Source: a virus. Taken from it: a stretch of DNA of 64,000 nt. The stretch lies in IMG/VR virus record IMGVR_UViG_3300033144_003548. One strand, given 5' to 3'. The position numbers were made by a program, and so were the translations under genes. Below, piece by piece: positions 14,814-24,352 of the stretch. The notes beneath the pieces are model-generated. The model was not told the origin of the DNA and searched no databases. It saw only the letters and a program-made list of their open reading frames with translations. Positions within the stretch are counted from its first letter, which is position 1. The number at the start of each line of letters is the position of its first letter.

Positions 14814-15540
14814 TTACTTCCTCTCCTTTTACAATAATATCTATCTTCCTAGCACAAACTTTATGATAACCTAATGGACACTTATCACAATCAGGATTCT
14901 GGTTAAAACACCAATCCCTACCGATATACCAAGCTGGTTTGTCTAGAGCACCTGGATACTTTGGATTTTCCTGTCTGGCAACCTCAATGATATGGTGTAT
15001 GTCATCATACTCTGCCAAACCTGAGCGTAAGAAAACTTGTCTAATATGTTTGTCATAAGAAACATCAATATCGTGCAAACTCACGCCAAGACCGCAATCT
15101 CTGACAAGAATATTAACAGCCATCGAAGCTTTCTTCTGACCAATTCCTTTGAATTGAACAAATCGGTCATAAATAGTTTTCGCAGACGCAGTATCGTTCC
15201 AAATATTTGCAGCATTTCCTTTATAGCTGTATGCCAATTTGTCTATTGCTGACACTACAAATTTTGCCATATTTCTCCAATATCTGCACCCAACTTCCTT
15301 CAAGTCCTCTGCGATTCCACTCTCACCGAGCTTATAAAGAGTCTTTCCCAAATCTCCCCAATCCCAATCCAATTTGCCAGGGATTGCCCAAACTTTCTCA
15401 GCCCTCATTCCCTGATCTAAAATTACGGCAATTAAATATCCATTTGGATTAGTTTTTGCGAGTTGAACACCGTCCCATTGATAATCATTACCCTCAAGTA
15501 ATGAACCAAATCCCAACAAATAAGCAGTTACTTCCTTCAT
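14788..15540 (-). CDS. HhH-GPD / endonuclease III-like DNA glycosylase with FeS motif
   Basis: FKGIGQKKASMAV, D.HIRQVF.R.GL, C......CDKCPL....C. Confidence 0.8.
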   Translation of the reverse strand: MKEVTAYLLGFGSLLEGNDYQWDGVQLAKTNPNGYLIAVILDQGMRAEKVWAIPGKLDWDWGDLGKTLYKLGESGIAEDLKEVGCRYWRNMAKFVVSAIDKLAYSYKGNAANIWNDTASAKTIYDRFVQFKGIGQKKASMAVNILVRDCGLGVSLHDIDVSYDKHIRQVFLRSGLAEYDDIHHIIEVARQENPKYPGALDKPAWYIGRDWCFNQNPDCDKCPLGYHKVCARKIDIIVKGEEVNASRKVRS

Positions 15541-15545
15541 TCTCC

Positions 15546-15683
15546 TCAACTTAATCTTACCCTTCCTTTTTCCTTTTTCTTGAATAGAAAAATACCTTTA
15601 CAATAATTGCACTTCTCTATCGTAATATTATCATCCTCATAAATAATACTCAACATATAGGAACAATCGGGACAACTTTTCAT
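15546..15683 (-). CDS. 45-aa Zn-ribbon protein
   Basis: Manual translation MKSCPDC...EKCNYCKGIF. Confidence 0.5.
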   Translation of the reverse strand: MKSCPDCSYMLSIIYEDDNITIEKCNYCKGIFLFKKKEKGRVRLS

Positions 15684-15928
15684 TGTATTATATGCTTATG
15701 CCAATGGTCTTTTATTTTCCTTTCATCTCTCAAGCTTCTATAGTTAGGAAATATCGTCCTAACTACCGCCTCTATCTTCCTAACTTCGTTCTCTGTAGGT
15801 TGCCTATGCTCGTTGAATACGACCATCGGAATCTTACAAGTAGAACAGTCTACAATTACACACAAACTGTTTGAATAATATTTTTGCGTAATAATTTTAC
15901 CATTTACTAACTTGCATAGCTCACACAT
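15680..15928 (-). CDS. HIT-like small protein
   Basis: MCELC N-terminus and HWHKH triad. Confidence 0.55.
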   Translation of the reverse strand: MCELCKLVNGKIITQKYYSNSLCVIVDCSTCKIPMVVFNEHRQPTENEVRKIEAVVRTIFPNYRSLRDERKIKDHWHKHIIQ

Positions 15929-16743
15929 TATACTCTAATAAATTTCTTGCCCTTTTTCAAGACAATCTCTATATTTCTCAGTTCCTTGCCCTGAAAATAT
16001 GCCACTGCGTGACCTTTCGTTAATATGGGAAGAGAGATTACAAACGTATTCAAATGGAATCTCAATTTATAGTGGTGAACGTGACCAAATATGTATATTC
16101 TAGGTACTAAGTAATTTAGTAACTCTTCCAAAGCTGGTTCACCCAACCCTTTAAATACTCCTGTAGGTGGCTGATGAGTAACTAAAATATCAACATCTTT
16201 CAAGTGGGACAGATAAAGTATTTCCCTGAAAGAGATATTTTTCGATGTATCTCTTAGAAAATTTCTACTCCTAATTATACCATTTAATCCAGCAATTGTT
16301 AGTCCTCTAATTTCCTGGTGTAAAGCTAAAGGCTCTAGACACTGCACATCATCGTGATTGCCCCTAACAAAGTATCCTTTATGTTTCCACTTATTCACAA
16401 TCTCAAGGTTGTGAAGGTTAGCCAGATCATCCTCAGTGGCAAAATCTCCAACAGAAATGAAGAAATCAAATGGTTCTTCAGCCAACAAGATTTGGTTTAA
16501 TCTATCAAAATGCCCGTGACAATCCCCTACGAGGATTACTTTATTCTTGAACAGTGCCTTCTTACAAATCTCGATGGCTTCCTCTATATTGGCAAACGCC
16601 CACTCCAAACACGGTCTACACAGAGTAATATAGTTATCCTCTATGTCTTCTCTATCGAATCGTGCAACTTCAAGATTATCAAATTTGTGACCACATCGTT
16701 TGCAAGTCCACCTATCCCTTTGTTTTATCTTCTCCAAGTCCAA
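15928..16743 (-). CDS. degenerate HNH-like domain fused to a metallophosphoesterase
   Basis: RDRWTCKRCG...NYITLCRPC, then GDCHG, VGD, GNHD, THQPP, GHVH. Confidence 0.8.
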   Translation of the reverse strand: MDLEKIKQRDRWTCKRCGHKFDNLEVARFDREDIEDNYITLCRPCLEWAFANIEEAIEICKKALFKNKVILVGDCHGHFDRLNQILLAEEPFDFFISVGDFATEDDLANLHNLEIVNKWKHKGYFVRGNHDDVQCLEPLALHQEIRGLTIAGLNGIIRSRNFLRDTSKNISFREILYLSHLKDVDILVTHQPPTGVFKGLGEPALEELLNYLVPRIYIFGHVHHYKLRFHLNTFVISLPILTKGHAVAYFQGKELRNIEIVLKKGKKFIRV

Positions 16744-17158
16744 TTATTTTCCCATCCTTTGTAATCTTAAAGTTAAATATACTTATATTGGAGTATTTAT
16801 TCCTGCCAAAATCCGTTATCTTTTTCCAGCAAAAGAACTCTTCCTCTGGTGTAAGTTTTCTACCTAATCTCGTTTCCACTGCTCTTAAAATTTTAGTATC
16901 TTGATATTCTGGACCTAAGTGATCTGCTATCTTCTGACACGCAGCATCTAAAACTCTTCCAATCTTTGATTTACTAAGACCTACTAACTCGCTTGCTGCA
17001 TTTAACGAGTACTGCTCTTTGGTTATTGCTAAGACTAATAACTCCACCTCTGATAATGCTCCACTCTCCGAAAGTTGGGAAATGGCTGAATCAATATCCA
17101 ATTTAACACTTTCCTCACAAAAATAATAAGTTCGGATAATCTCTTTTACTATGACCAT
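16712..17158 (-). CDS. HTH (sigma region-4-like) protein
   Basis: LSEVE..VL.....YSL...SELVGLSKSKI.R.L..AC.KI. Confidence 0.5.
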   Translation of the reverse strand: MVIVKEIIRTYYFCEESVKLDIDSAISQLSESGALSEVELLVLAITKEQYSLNAASELVGLSKSKIGRVLDAACQKIADHLGPEYQDTKILRAVETRLGRKLTPEEEFFCWKKITDFGRNKYSNISIFNFKITKDGKIIGLGEDKTKG

Positions 17159-17895
17159 TTATTCCATCTTCCAAATTGCTTCTCCTTACCTAAACAATGC
17201 TCAAGGAAATAGCAACGAGCACAATCCCTGTCCAAATTCCTCAAAAACACATTAGAATTAATCTTGGACTCGACTTTGTTTACTTCGTTAAGTAAAACAT
17301 CAAAATCATCTTCAGTTCTTGTCGTTACCAAATCCTTCATAGTACCTAAATGCCTCAACACCAATCCCTTCTCCCGCTCACCATAGACTTGCCTATAGAC
17401 GTAACTATAAATGGTGAACTGCAAGTCCAAATCCAGTTGGGTTTGGGTCGGTTTTACTCCAGTTTTTAAATCAACTACCATATCATCGTGAGTAATTTGA
17501 TCAAAAACCGCAACTACATTATACTGACCTAGCTTTATACCATCTTTCCTGCTAATGAAGTGCTCCACCTTCTTTGGTGGCGGAACATTCTTGATATACT
17601 TATCGTAATACTTGGTAACAAGTTTCTGACCTTCGTTCAGCTTATTTAAATAATCCTTTTCGTGCAAGAAAACTATATCTTTTCCAGAAGCTAATTGAAT
17701 CCACTCCTGCTTAAATACCTTAGCCATATCTTCCTTGCTTAAACCACTCTCATAAGCTAGTTTTATAGTCCTATGAACTGCTGTTCCATATATAGAGGCA
17801 GATGATTCTACTAAGGGAACTTTCTTCACATACCTCAAGTAGTACATATATTCACACGTCATTAAGGTGTGCAGCATTGTATACGAGATGTCCAT
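17149..17895 (-). CDS. PD-(D/E)XK exonuclease, Cas4/AddB-like
   Basis: ISYT..TC, GTAVH, FD...VVDLKTG, QF.IY, CARC.....C. Confidence 0.85.
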   Translation of the reverse strand: MDISYTMLHTLMTCEYMYYLRYVKKVPLVESSASIYGTAVHRTIKLAYESGLSKEDMAKVFKQEWIQLASGKDIVFLHEKDYLNKLNEGQKLVTKYYDKYIKNVPPPKKVEHFISRKDGIKLGQYNVVAVFDQITHDDMVVDLKTGVKPTQTQLDLDLQFTIYSYVYRQVYGEREKGLVLRHLGTMKDLVTTRTEDDFDVLLNEVNKVESKINSNVFLRNLDRDCARCYFLEHCLGKEKQFGRWNKWS

Positions 17896-17944
17896 TATGG
17901 GATCTCCTTATCTGCTAATGCTAGTAGCCTATCTTCCTCTACCA

Positions 17945-18322
17945 TTATTCGTCCTCTTCCTCTAGTAAGCTGCCACCACGACTACCAGTAACTTGGTGAT
18001 ATGAATCAGTCCTATAAAGCTCCTTGTTCGACTTCCACGCTTCAATTTTGCCATAAAGGATGGTAATTTCTCTTTTCTTACTTATAATCCTTGACATCAA
18101 ACCGTCAAGATACTTCTCATCCTTATCACTATTACCAATTACTTTAACATAGTCAACAGCCCTACTTTTATTAGAAATATCACTTGACAGGGCATCTTTT
18201 ACATTGTGAGCCTTTGCTTTTTCAAATTCCCACTCCAAATTTGCCAAGTCTGTCTTCACATCAGCTAACTCATTAGTCAGCTTAACATAGTCATCTATAT
18301 CTGGTCTAGTCGGTAATGCCAT
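17945..18322 (-). CDS. coiled-coil hypothetical protein
   Basis: ORF with RBS GGAG in the recombination block. Confidence 0.6.
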   Translation of the reverse strand: MALPTRPDIDDYVKLTNELADVKTDLANLEWEFEKAKAHNVKDALSSDISNKSRAVDYVKVIGNSDKDEKYLDGLMSRIISKKREITILYGKIEAWKSNKELYRTDSYHQVTGSRGGSLLEEEDE

Positions 18323-18515
18323 TAATAACTCCTTTTGCTTTCCTTCCTGCGTCTAGGTTATCTGGAACACTCTCAAAATACAAAAGCTTGAACGCATCCC
18401 AAAGAGTCAGTTCATCTGTATCTCTATTATACTTCTCGCAAAGATACCACAATCTCATACAAGACTCTGCCCAAGCATCATTAAGACTCATTGGATACTT
18501 CCTCATTCTCTTCAC
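18306..18515 (-). CDS. hypothetical protein
   Basis: ORF in the gene string; start uncertain. Confidence 0.5.
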   Translation of the reverse strand: MKRMRKYPMSLNDAWAESCMRLWYLCEKYNRDTDELTLWDAFKLLYFESVPDNLDAGRKAKGVINGITD

Positions 18516-19497
18516 TCGCTGGTATCTCCTTCTCTATTTCGATATTAGCACTTGTAGCTTTTTCGAAAAGCTCTTTTCTCAGGTCAGGACTCTCCTTCAA
18601 AAGCGTAGCAAATTTATCCATTCCTTGAGCTTTATGTTCACCGTAATTAAACCAAGAACCTCTCTTCTCTACAATTCCAACCTTCTCACAAGCAATAATT
18701 AAATCGGCATCAATATCAATACCTTTTGCGTGATGGATGAGCAAAGTAGCAACTCCATAAGGTATAACATCCCAATCTTTACCCTTATCTACGGTTACTC
18801 TAGTTTCTATAGATTGTTCCGCTCTATTCTCAGTTCCCCACATACTAAGTTTAATATCTGAAAAATATTGTAAAGCCATACCACCTTTGGGAGATTTTTT
18901 GCCTCCCCACTTACCAATTTCATACGAAAGCTGATTGACAGTAATAAAGATAGCTTCCTTACGTCTAATAGGTTGCTGAATCTTTCTTATAAAATCACTC
19001 ACTGCTCTAGCTTGCGTGCCAATGTTAAATCCCTTGTCCATATCCTCAGTTTTCTGCTTCTTCTCTAAGTCGGCTTTTGGTGTGGCTGCTGAAATAGAAT
19101 CCATCACAATAACTTTGGCATCATAATTCCTCACGGCTTCAATACAAAGATTGAACACTAGCTCGGCATAGTCTGCTGCCACAAGGTGGAAATTCTTTGC
19201 ATTAATGTCTACACCACAAGCTTCCGCATATTGTTCGCTGTATTTCTCAAGCGGGATTAACAGTGTGCTATATCCAGCTTTTACCGCTTGGGCTGTTATA
19301 TGGTACGCCAGTGTTGTTTTACCTGACTTTTCAGGTCCATATAACTGACTAATTGAACCACCTGGGATTCCGCCACCAAGAACTTTATCGAGTGTTAGAA
19401 TCCCTGTAGGTAATCTCCAAGTAACCCTACCAGGAGGAACATAAACACTATCATTTTTATTTACAAATGTGTCAATTAATTCTTTCGTATCTTTCAT
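18481..19497 (-). CDS. recA: RecA recombinase
   Basis: PTG...LD..LGGGIP, YGPEKSGKTT, VMDSI, NQL, GGMAL.YFS, GSWFNY. Confidence 0.93.
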   Translation of the reverse strand: MKDTKELIDTFVNKNDSVYVPPGRVTWRLPTGILTLDKVLGGGIPGGSISQLYGPEKSGKTTLAYHITAQAVKAGYSTLLIPLEKYSEQYAEACGVDINAKNFHLVAADYAELVFNLCIEAVRNYDAKVIVMDSISAATPKADLEKKQKTEDMDKGFNIGTQARAVSDFIRKIQQPIRRKEAIFITVNQLSYEIGKWGGKKSPKGGMALQYFSDIKLSMWGTENRAEQSIETRVTVDKGKDWDVIPYGVATLLIHHAKGIDIDADLIIACEKVGIVEKRGSWFNYGEHKAQGMDKFATLLKESPDLRKELFEKATSANIEIEKEIPASEENEEVSNES

Positions 19498-20072
19498 TAT
19501 TTTACCTCTTCCTCGGTAATAACATCCAGTTGGACTCCAGCCAACTCAAACAATTTTTCCGATAGCGGAAAGTTATATTGCCTCTTTGCAGGGTTATCTC
19601 CATCTTTGATTGGTTTATCACTGGAGTAACCACTACCACTCTTACCAAGACATACCACTCTCTTAATACCAGCTTGGATAATCTCTTTCGCACAATTGAT
19701 GCAAGGCGTACCACAATAGCAGTAGAGGGTAGTTCCTACAGTTGATATACCCATTCTGGCTGCTTGCATTATTGGGTTTATCTCGGCGTGTACGGCTACA
19801 CAATACTCCATCCCTTCACCACTAGGAAATCCCATTCTTTGTCTTGGACATTTATTTGAAACAAAACGGTCAGTATATTGCCCAGTGTCATCTCTGTAAT
19901 CACAGTGAGGAACATCTTTTGGAGGTCCATTATAACCAGTTCCTACCACGTGCTTACCCTTCACAAGAACAGCACCAATTTGCCTAGAAAGACATTTACT
20001 CATACCCATCCAGAGTTTTGCTTCTTTCATAAAATGCAAATCCCACTCATATTGACTTCTATGCTTTTCCAT
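19497..20072 (-). CDS. dCMP deaminase
   Basis: SKCLSRQIGAV, TGYNG, HAEIN, PCINCAKEIIQAGI. Confidence 0.92.
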   Translation of the reverse strand: MEKHRSQYEWDLHFMKEAKLWMGMSKCLSRQIGAVLVKGKHVVGTGYNGPPKDVPHCDYRDDTGQYTDRFVSNKCPRQRMGFPSGEGMEYCVAVHAEINPIMQAARMGISTVGTTLYCYCGTPCINCAKEIIQAGIKRVVCLGKSGSGYSSDKPIKDGDNPAKRQYNFPLSEKLFELAGVQLDVITEEEVK

Positions 20073-20074
20073 AC

Positions 20075-20416
20075 TTACCTTACCCCCTCATAAATTACTT
20101 CTATTCTTGAACTGGCACAAATAAACTTGTGTTTACAACTTTCGCATTTGTCTAAAAATCCTGGAGTATCAAATGCCCCGACTTTGCAGAGGTAGCGAGG
20201 CTCATCACTACCACACTCGCACCACATAGGGTCTGGTTTGTAGTCATACCCTGCGGGTGAAATCCCCGAAAATGGTATTACCATTCCTGATGAAAGCGGA
20301 ATATAACCACCAGTTTGAGGATTGCCATTTTTTACATATTTATAAATAACAGCTTTCCCACATTCTATACAACCTGCCACCACGCAAATAATTTCTTCTC
20401 TAGCTGCCGTTACCAT
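20075..20416 (-). CDS. Cys-rich protein (CxxCxxKFxC family)
   Basis: CESCKHKFICAS. Confidence 0.6.
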   Translation of the reverse strand: MVTAAREEIICVVAGCIECGKAVIYKYVKNGNPQTGGYIPLSSGMVIPFSGISPAGYDYKPDPMWCECGSDEPRYLCKVGAFDTPGFLDKCESCKHKFICASSRIEVIYEGVR

Positions 20417-20817
20417 TACCCTTTTTTCAAATTACTCATCTCTACGAAGCAATCTTCTCTCCATTGTAATTGCTTAACATAGGAATTGTAATCCATTCCT
20501 TTTAATGATTTCTTATAAGTTTGGAAATAAATCGCTAATTCCGCCTCTTGTCGCTTTACGAGAAGTAAAGGTAATACGTCCCTTAAAAACTTGACTGCAT
20601 CATTAGCCTTCAACTCCCAAGCATACTTTGTCTTATATGTAGCTTTCCGCTTATCTTTTACTTTACCAACAAAACCACCATAGAGTGTCTTACAGTTATC
20701 CAACACAGATTTATTGCTATTGGTTTAGTACCTAGTGTATAATCATAACAATCACCAAACTTACTACCACGTTTGCGAAATCTCTTATTTATTCTTATAC
20801 ACCATTCACCCCAAAAT
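20416..20817 (-). pseudogene. degenerate LAGLIDADG homing endonuclease remnant
   Basis: C-terminal YAW....A..FL....P.L.VK..EA motif; upstream out-of-frame FWGEWCIRINK (decayed FDGEGCI) preceded by a stop. Confidence 0.6.
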
Positions 20818-22777
20818 CAAGAGGCATCAGCCAAAGTTGTTGCCCGTTTTCGTTGTCTTCTACACCATCATCCTTAAACCAACAGTCCCTTATTTTAACG
20901 TCAACAAGAACGGGAACTTTCTTTAAAAATTTCTCACCCGCAAAAATCATTTTCCTCTTTACTAGCTTGGCAACTTCAATGGTATACTCATAAGGAACTT
21001 CAATACAAAGCTCATCGTGGATAGTATTCACCATCCTTGCAGAATACTGCCACAAAACTCTATCAAGATAAACCATTGAAGTCTTTGTCATATCAGCAGA
21101 AGTGCCTTGGATTGGGTGATTCCTACCAACTCGCTCATAAAAAGCTTTCATTTTTTTATAGTCTTCTGCTTTAGGATCTAAAGAAGGAAACCATCTAATC
21201 CTACCACCAATGGTTTTGCTACGACCCTCTTCAAAAGCTTTTGCTCCCTTTTCCTTTAACCACTGCATTAAGGTAGGGTATGTCTCCTCATATTTCTGCA
21301 AGTGTCCAGCAGCCTCATCAGAACTACATCCCAACCTCTCTGCCAACGTCTTAACACTCATCCCATAAATAAGCCCAAAGTTGATTGTCTTTGCAGCCCT
21401 TCTCAAGTCACCGCTAACATTTTCATAAGGAACACCATACATCTCCGCAGCAGTACCTCTATGAATATCTCCACGTGGATCATTAAGGATTCTCAACATA
21501 GTCTCATCACCACTCATCTCCGCAGCAATCCTAAGCTCTATCTGAGAGTAATCAGCGATAACAAACTTGTGACCAGGTTCTGGAATAAAGCAAGATCTCA
21601 AAATTTTTCCCTCATCACCTTTCTTCTGGATATTCTGCAAGTTTGGTTCTGAACTACTAAACCTGCCACTGTCAGTCCCATTCTGATTAAATTTAGCGTG
21701 AATCCTTCCATCCTCACGGATATGATCAATCAGGTTCTCACCGAAAGTTTTCTCAGTCTGCTTCAAACCACGATACTTAATGATGTTCTTAATAACTCCA
21801 GCTTTTGTAGAATCCCCTTTATACATTTCAGCAGCCACTTTCAAAGTAGCATTATTAGTCAACCCTGCTTTAGTCTTTTTATTTGCTTCTTCAAAACTAA
21901 TTCCAACTCTGCCACAAGAATCTACTAACTGCTGCCAGCTATCAAGATTAAGGACAGGCGGTGGTTTTTGTTTTGCGGTGTTAGCATAAGGTGTACCATC
22001 TTTTCTCAACCTTACTGGCTTAGGTGGTGGAGCAGGAGGATCTGGAAGAACCTGACGTATGTCGTTGCTAATTTTGAACAACTTCTTCTTCAATTCAGCA
22101 AGAGTTACTCTCCACTTCCCCGCATCCAGTTTTATACCAGCAAGCTCCATCTTTGCTACTGGAGCGATTAAAGCAAACTCTAACTCAGCAATCGCATTAA
22201 GATTTAGCTGATTTAGATACATCTGTTGCCTTCTCCTAATCCCTGGGAGCACTAGCACATCATCAGCAGCATATGCTAATTGTTTCTCTGTAAATTCCCC
22301 ATCATAAGGAAAATCGGCAAAGGTTATCGTTATACCTTTGTCTAGTTTGTAGTCTAGATATTTAACAGACAAATCGCCCAAAGATGTTCCGTCCTTACTT
22401 ACACCCACATTAAGCAAAAATTCCCCTATTTTGGTATCGTACATACCATTAATCTGTATGTTTCTAAGAACACTTAGAAGTTTGTAATCATAGTTACCAT
22501 TCTGGACTATTTTAATATACTTACCATCTTCCAGAATTTCTTTAAATGGATTTAAGTCAACTCTTCGGGCATCAATAACATAAGCTTTACCACCAACTTC
22601 AATTTGGAAAAGCAAGAGCTTCACACCTGGAACAAGAACATCTAGACCACCACTATTCTCTGTGTCTATTCCTAAATACTTTTCCTTTTTTGCGTCTGCT
22701 ATGATAAGTGGTACGCTCTTCTGGTCAGTTATATATTCATAATTGCCCAAACCTGTTGAACTCACTAGCGTTTGCAC
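20795..22777 (-). CDS. polA: DNA polymerase family A with 3'-5' exonuclease
   Basis: IDTE, YAADD, TDSGRFSSSEPNLQNI, ADYSQIELRI, R..AKTINFGLIYG, NHPIQGTSAD, IHDE; GTG start after GGAG-rich RBS. Confidence 0.95.
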   Translation of the reverse strand: MQTLVSSTGLGNYEYITDQKSVPLIIADAKKEKYLGIDTENSGGLDVLVPGVKLLLFQIEVGGKAYVIDARRVDLNPFKEILEDGKYIKIVQNGNYDYKLLSVLRNIQINGMYDTKIGEFLLNVGVSKDGTSLGDLSVKYLDYKLDKGITITFADFPYDGEFTEKQLAYAADDVLVLPGIRRRQQMYLNQLNLNAIAELEFALIAPVAKMELAGIKLDAGKWRVTLAELKKKLFKISNDIRQVLPDPPAPPPKPVRLRKDGTPYANTAKQKPPPVLNLDSWQQLVDSCGRVGISFEEANKKTKAGLTNNATLKVAAEMYKGDSTKAGVIKNIIKYRGLKQTEKTFGENLIDHIREDGRIHAKFNQNGTDSGRFSSSEPNLQNIQKKGDEGKILRSCFIPEPGHKFVIADYSQIELRIAAEMSGDETMLRILNDPRGDIHRGTAAEMYGVPYENVSGDLRRAAKTINFGLIYGMSVKTLAERLGCSSDEAAGHLQKYEETYPTLMQWLKEKGAKAFEEGRSKTIGGRIRWFPSLDPKAEDYKKMKAFYERVGRNHPIQGTSADMTKTSMVYLDRVLWQYSARMVNTIHDELCIEVPYEYTIEVAKLVKRKMIFAGEKFLKKVPVLVDVKIRDCWFKDDGVEDNENGQQLWLMPLDFGVNGV

Positions 22778-23204
22778 TCCACTTAATCTCCTCTCCACTT
22801 GCCATATGGTAAGTAACATTAACCATCTCAGAGTCTGTCCCATCAGTTATAGTAATATTATCTCCATAAACCCAAGTAGTATATGGTTGTGGTATTGGAC
22901 TACCTGTATCATAAGGCTGATATGGGACCCAAGGTTTTATATCTAATGGAAATGGAACATTACCATTACCATCTTTATCAGAACCACCAATTTCGATAGC
23001 AATTCTGTTCATTCTTAGTTTAATTTCGCTGGTAACTTCCTCAAGAGCTTGTTCTCTTGTCCGCCCTTTTGCCATTAATGCCTCAAATAGCCCCTGAAAA
23101 ATTGGGTCGGAAAATATTCTCTCCTGAGTAAAGCACTCGAACTTGTGAGGACACTGAGCACACAAACACTTCTCTTCTAACGCTTTACCCTTATGATGTT
23201 TCAT
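22737..23204 (-). CDS. hypothetical protein with CxxCxxKFxC motif
   Basis: CAQCPHKFECFT. Confidence 0.6.
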   Translation of the reverse strand: MKHHKGKALEEKCLCAQCPHKFECFTQERIFSDPIFQGLFEALMAKGRTREQALEEVTSEIKLRMNRIAIEIGGSDKDGNGNVPFPLDIKPWVPYQPYDTGSPIPQPYTTWVYGDNITITDGTDSEMVNVTYHMASGEEIKWSANASEFNRFGQL

Positions 23205-23207
23205 TAT

Positions 23208-23603
23208 TTACCCCGTTTCAACCCCTGTTGAAAGTATCTTTCTCAACTCGCTAAGATCATCTAATTCTTTTGGAAGGATACCAAGTTCTACTCTATGCTC
23301 TGTTTCAATAAGAGCAAGAGCATTCCACGCAACTGCTGCCAAATGATCTTCATCACTACTCCCACCTAGATAAGCATATGCGTGTCTTATCGCAGAATCT
23401 AGATACCTGGCAAATGGTTGACCCTTCTCCCAATTCCTGTCACCGTACTTATCAGCACCATTTTCATAATGTTGTGCTAATCTTTTTAAAGCGTAGGGTG
23501 GAATCAAGTCAAATCTCCCCTTGCCTTTGTTAGTGTCTCTTTTACTCCCAGTATTAAATTCCTGGCGTTCACCACTATCTTTAACTTCATTAAATTGTTT
23601 CAC
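23208..23603 (-). CDS. dATP/dGTP diphosphohydrolase-like protein (DUF5664)
   Basis: GKGRFDLIPP, GADKYGDRNWEKG, DSAIRH, DEDHLAA..WN. Confidence 0.85.
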   Translation of the reverse strand: MKQFNEVKDSGERQEFNTGSKRDTNKGKGRFDLIPPYALKRLAQHYENGADKYGDRNWEKGQPFARYLDSAIRHAYAYLGGSSDEDHLAAVAWNALALIETEHRVELGILPKELDDLSELRKILSTGVETG

Positions 23604-24027
23604 CTTTCCTCTCCTTTTTATACTTCTTAGTACAAGCTTGTGCTAAATCATTTGCTCTTTTATTATCCCAACGACTTATATTCTTTAGCTCTACCTTAAA
23701 AGGAGCTATACTGATTAACTCGTGTACCTTTTGTTTAAGCTCTCTAAGATGAGGAAAATTAATCTTCCATCCTTGAGTAATCTGACTGTAGACAATTCTA
23801 CTGTCGGTATATACAACGCAATCTCTTCTTGCGACATTCAATACAATCAGTCGTTTCAGAGCTTCAATGACAGCCTTATATTCAGCTTCATTGTTGGTAA
23901 TATTATCACCTAGATATTGTTCAGCTTCCTCAAATAATTTGCCATCTAGGTAAATAACAATACCAACTCCACCAATTCCTGGATTCGCTCTAACAGACCC
24001 ATCTACCCACACTTCAAACATCCTCAT
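23590..24027 (-). CDS. rnhA: ribonuclease HI
   Basis: VDGS..NPG.GG.G, TNNEAEY.A, TDS, N.RAN.LA. Confidence 0.9.
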   Translation of the reverse strand: MRMFEVWVDGSVRANPGIGGVGIVIYLDGKLFEEAEQYLGDNITNNEAEYKAVIEALKRLIVLNVARRDCVVYTDSRIVYSQITQGWKINFPHLRELKQKVHELISIAPFKVELKNISRWDNKRANDLAQACTKKYKKERKGETI

Positions 24028-24352
24028 TCTCCTCGACCAAGTTTGGTAGAAATACTGCTCTAATGCCTATCCTTGGATCTTCCCCCTTCTCAATCTTGAC
24101 GACAACAGATTGAATACCACGAAGAGGTTCATCATTTATAAAAACTTTAGTGTTGCTAAATTCTCCATCTCCAATCATCTTGTAAATGCCTAGTAAGACT
24201 ACCCTAGAGAGTGAACCTATATCCTCATCAACCTCTACCACAGAACCGCCCTCATCAATACGGATAGTACACTTATTCCATCTCTCGATTAGTACCTCAT
24301 CTTTCCAAATTTTGGTGTGTTGCCAACTACCATCTCCCTCGATTCTAAACAT
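24014..24352 (-). CDS. hypothetical protein with internal duplication
   Basis: Two I.GDG...TK...D.. repeats. Confidence 0.6.
   Translation of the reverse strand: MFRIEGDGSWQHTKIWKDEVLIERWNKCTIRIDEGGSVVEVDEDIGSLSRVVLLGIYKMIGDGEFSNTKVFINDEPLRGIQSVVVKIEKGEDPRIGIRAVFLPNLVEENEDV

Noticed and set aside
17149-17895. Cas4 as evidence of a CRISPR-Cas system
   Set aside because: Solo PD-(D/E)XK nuclease beside RecA, typical of phage recombination modules.
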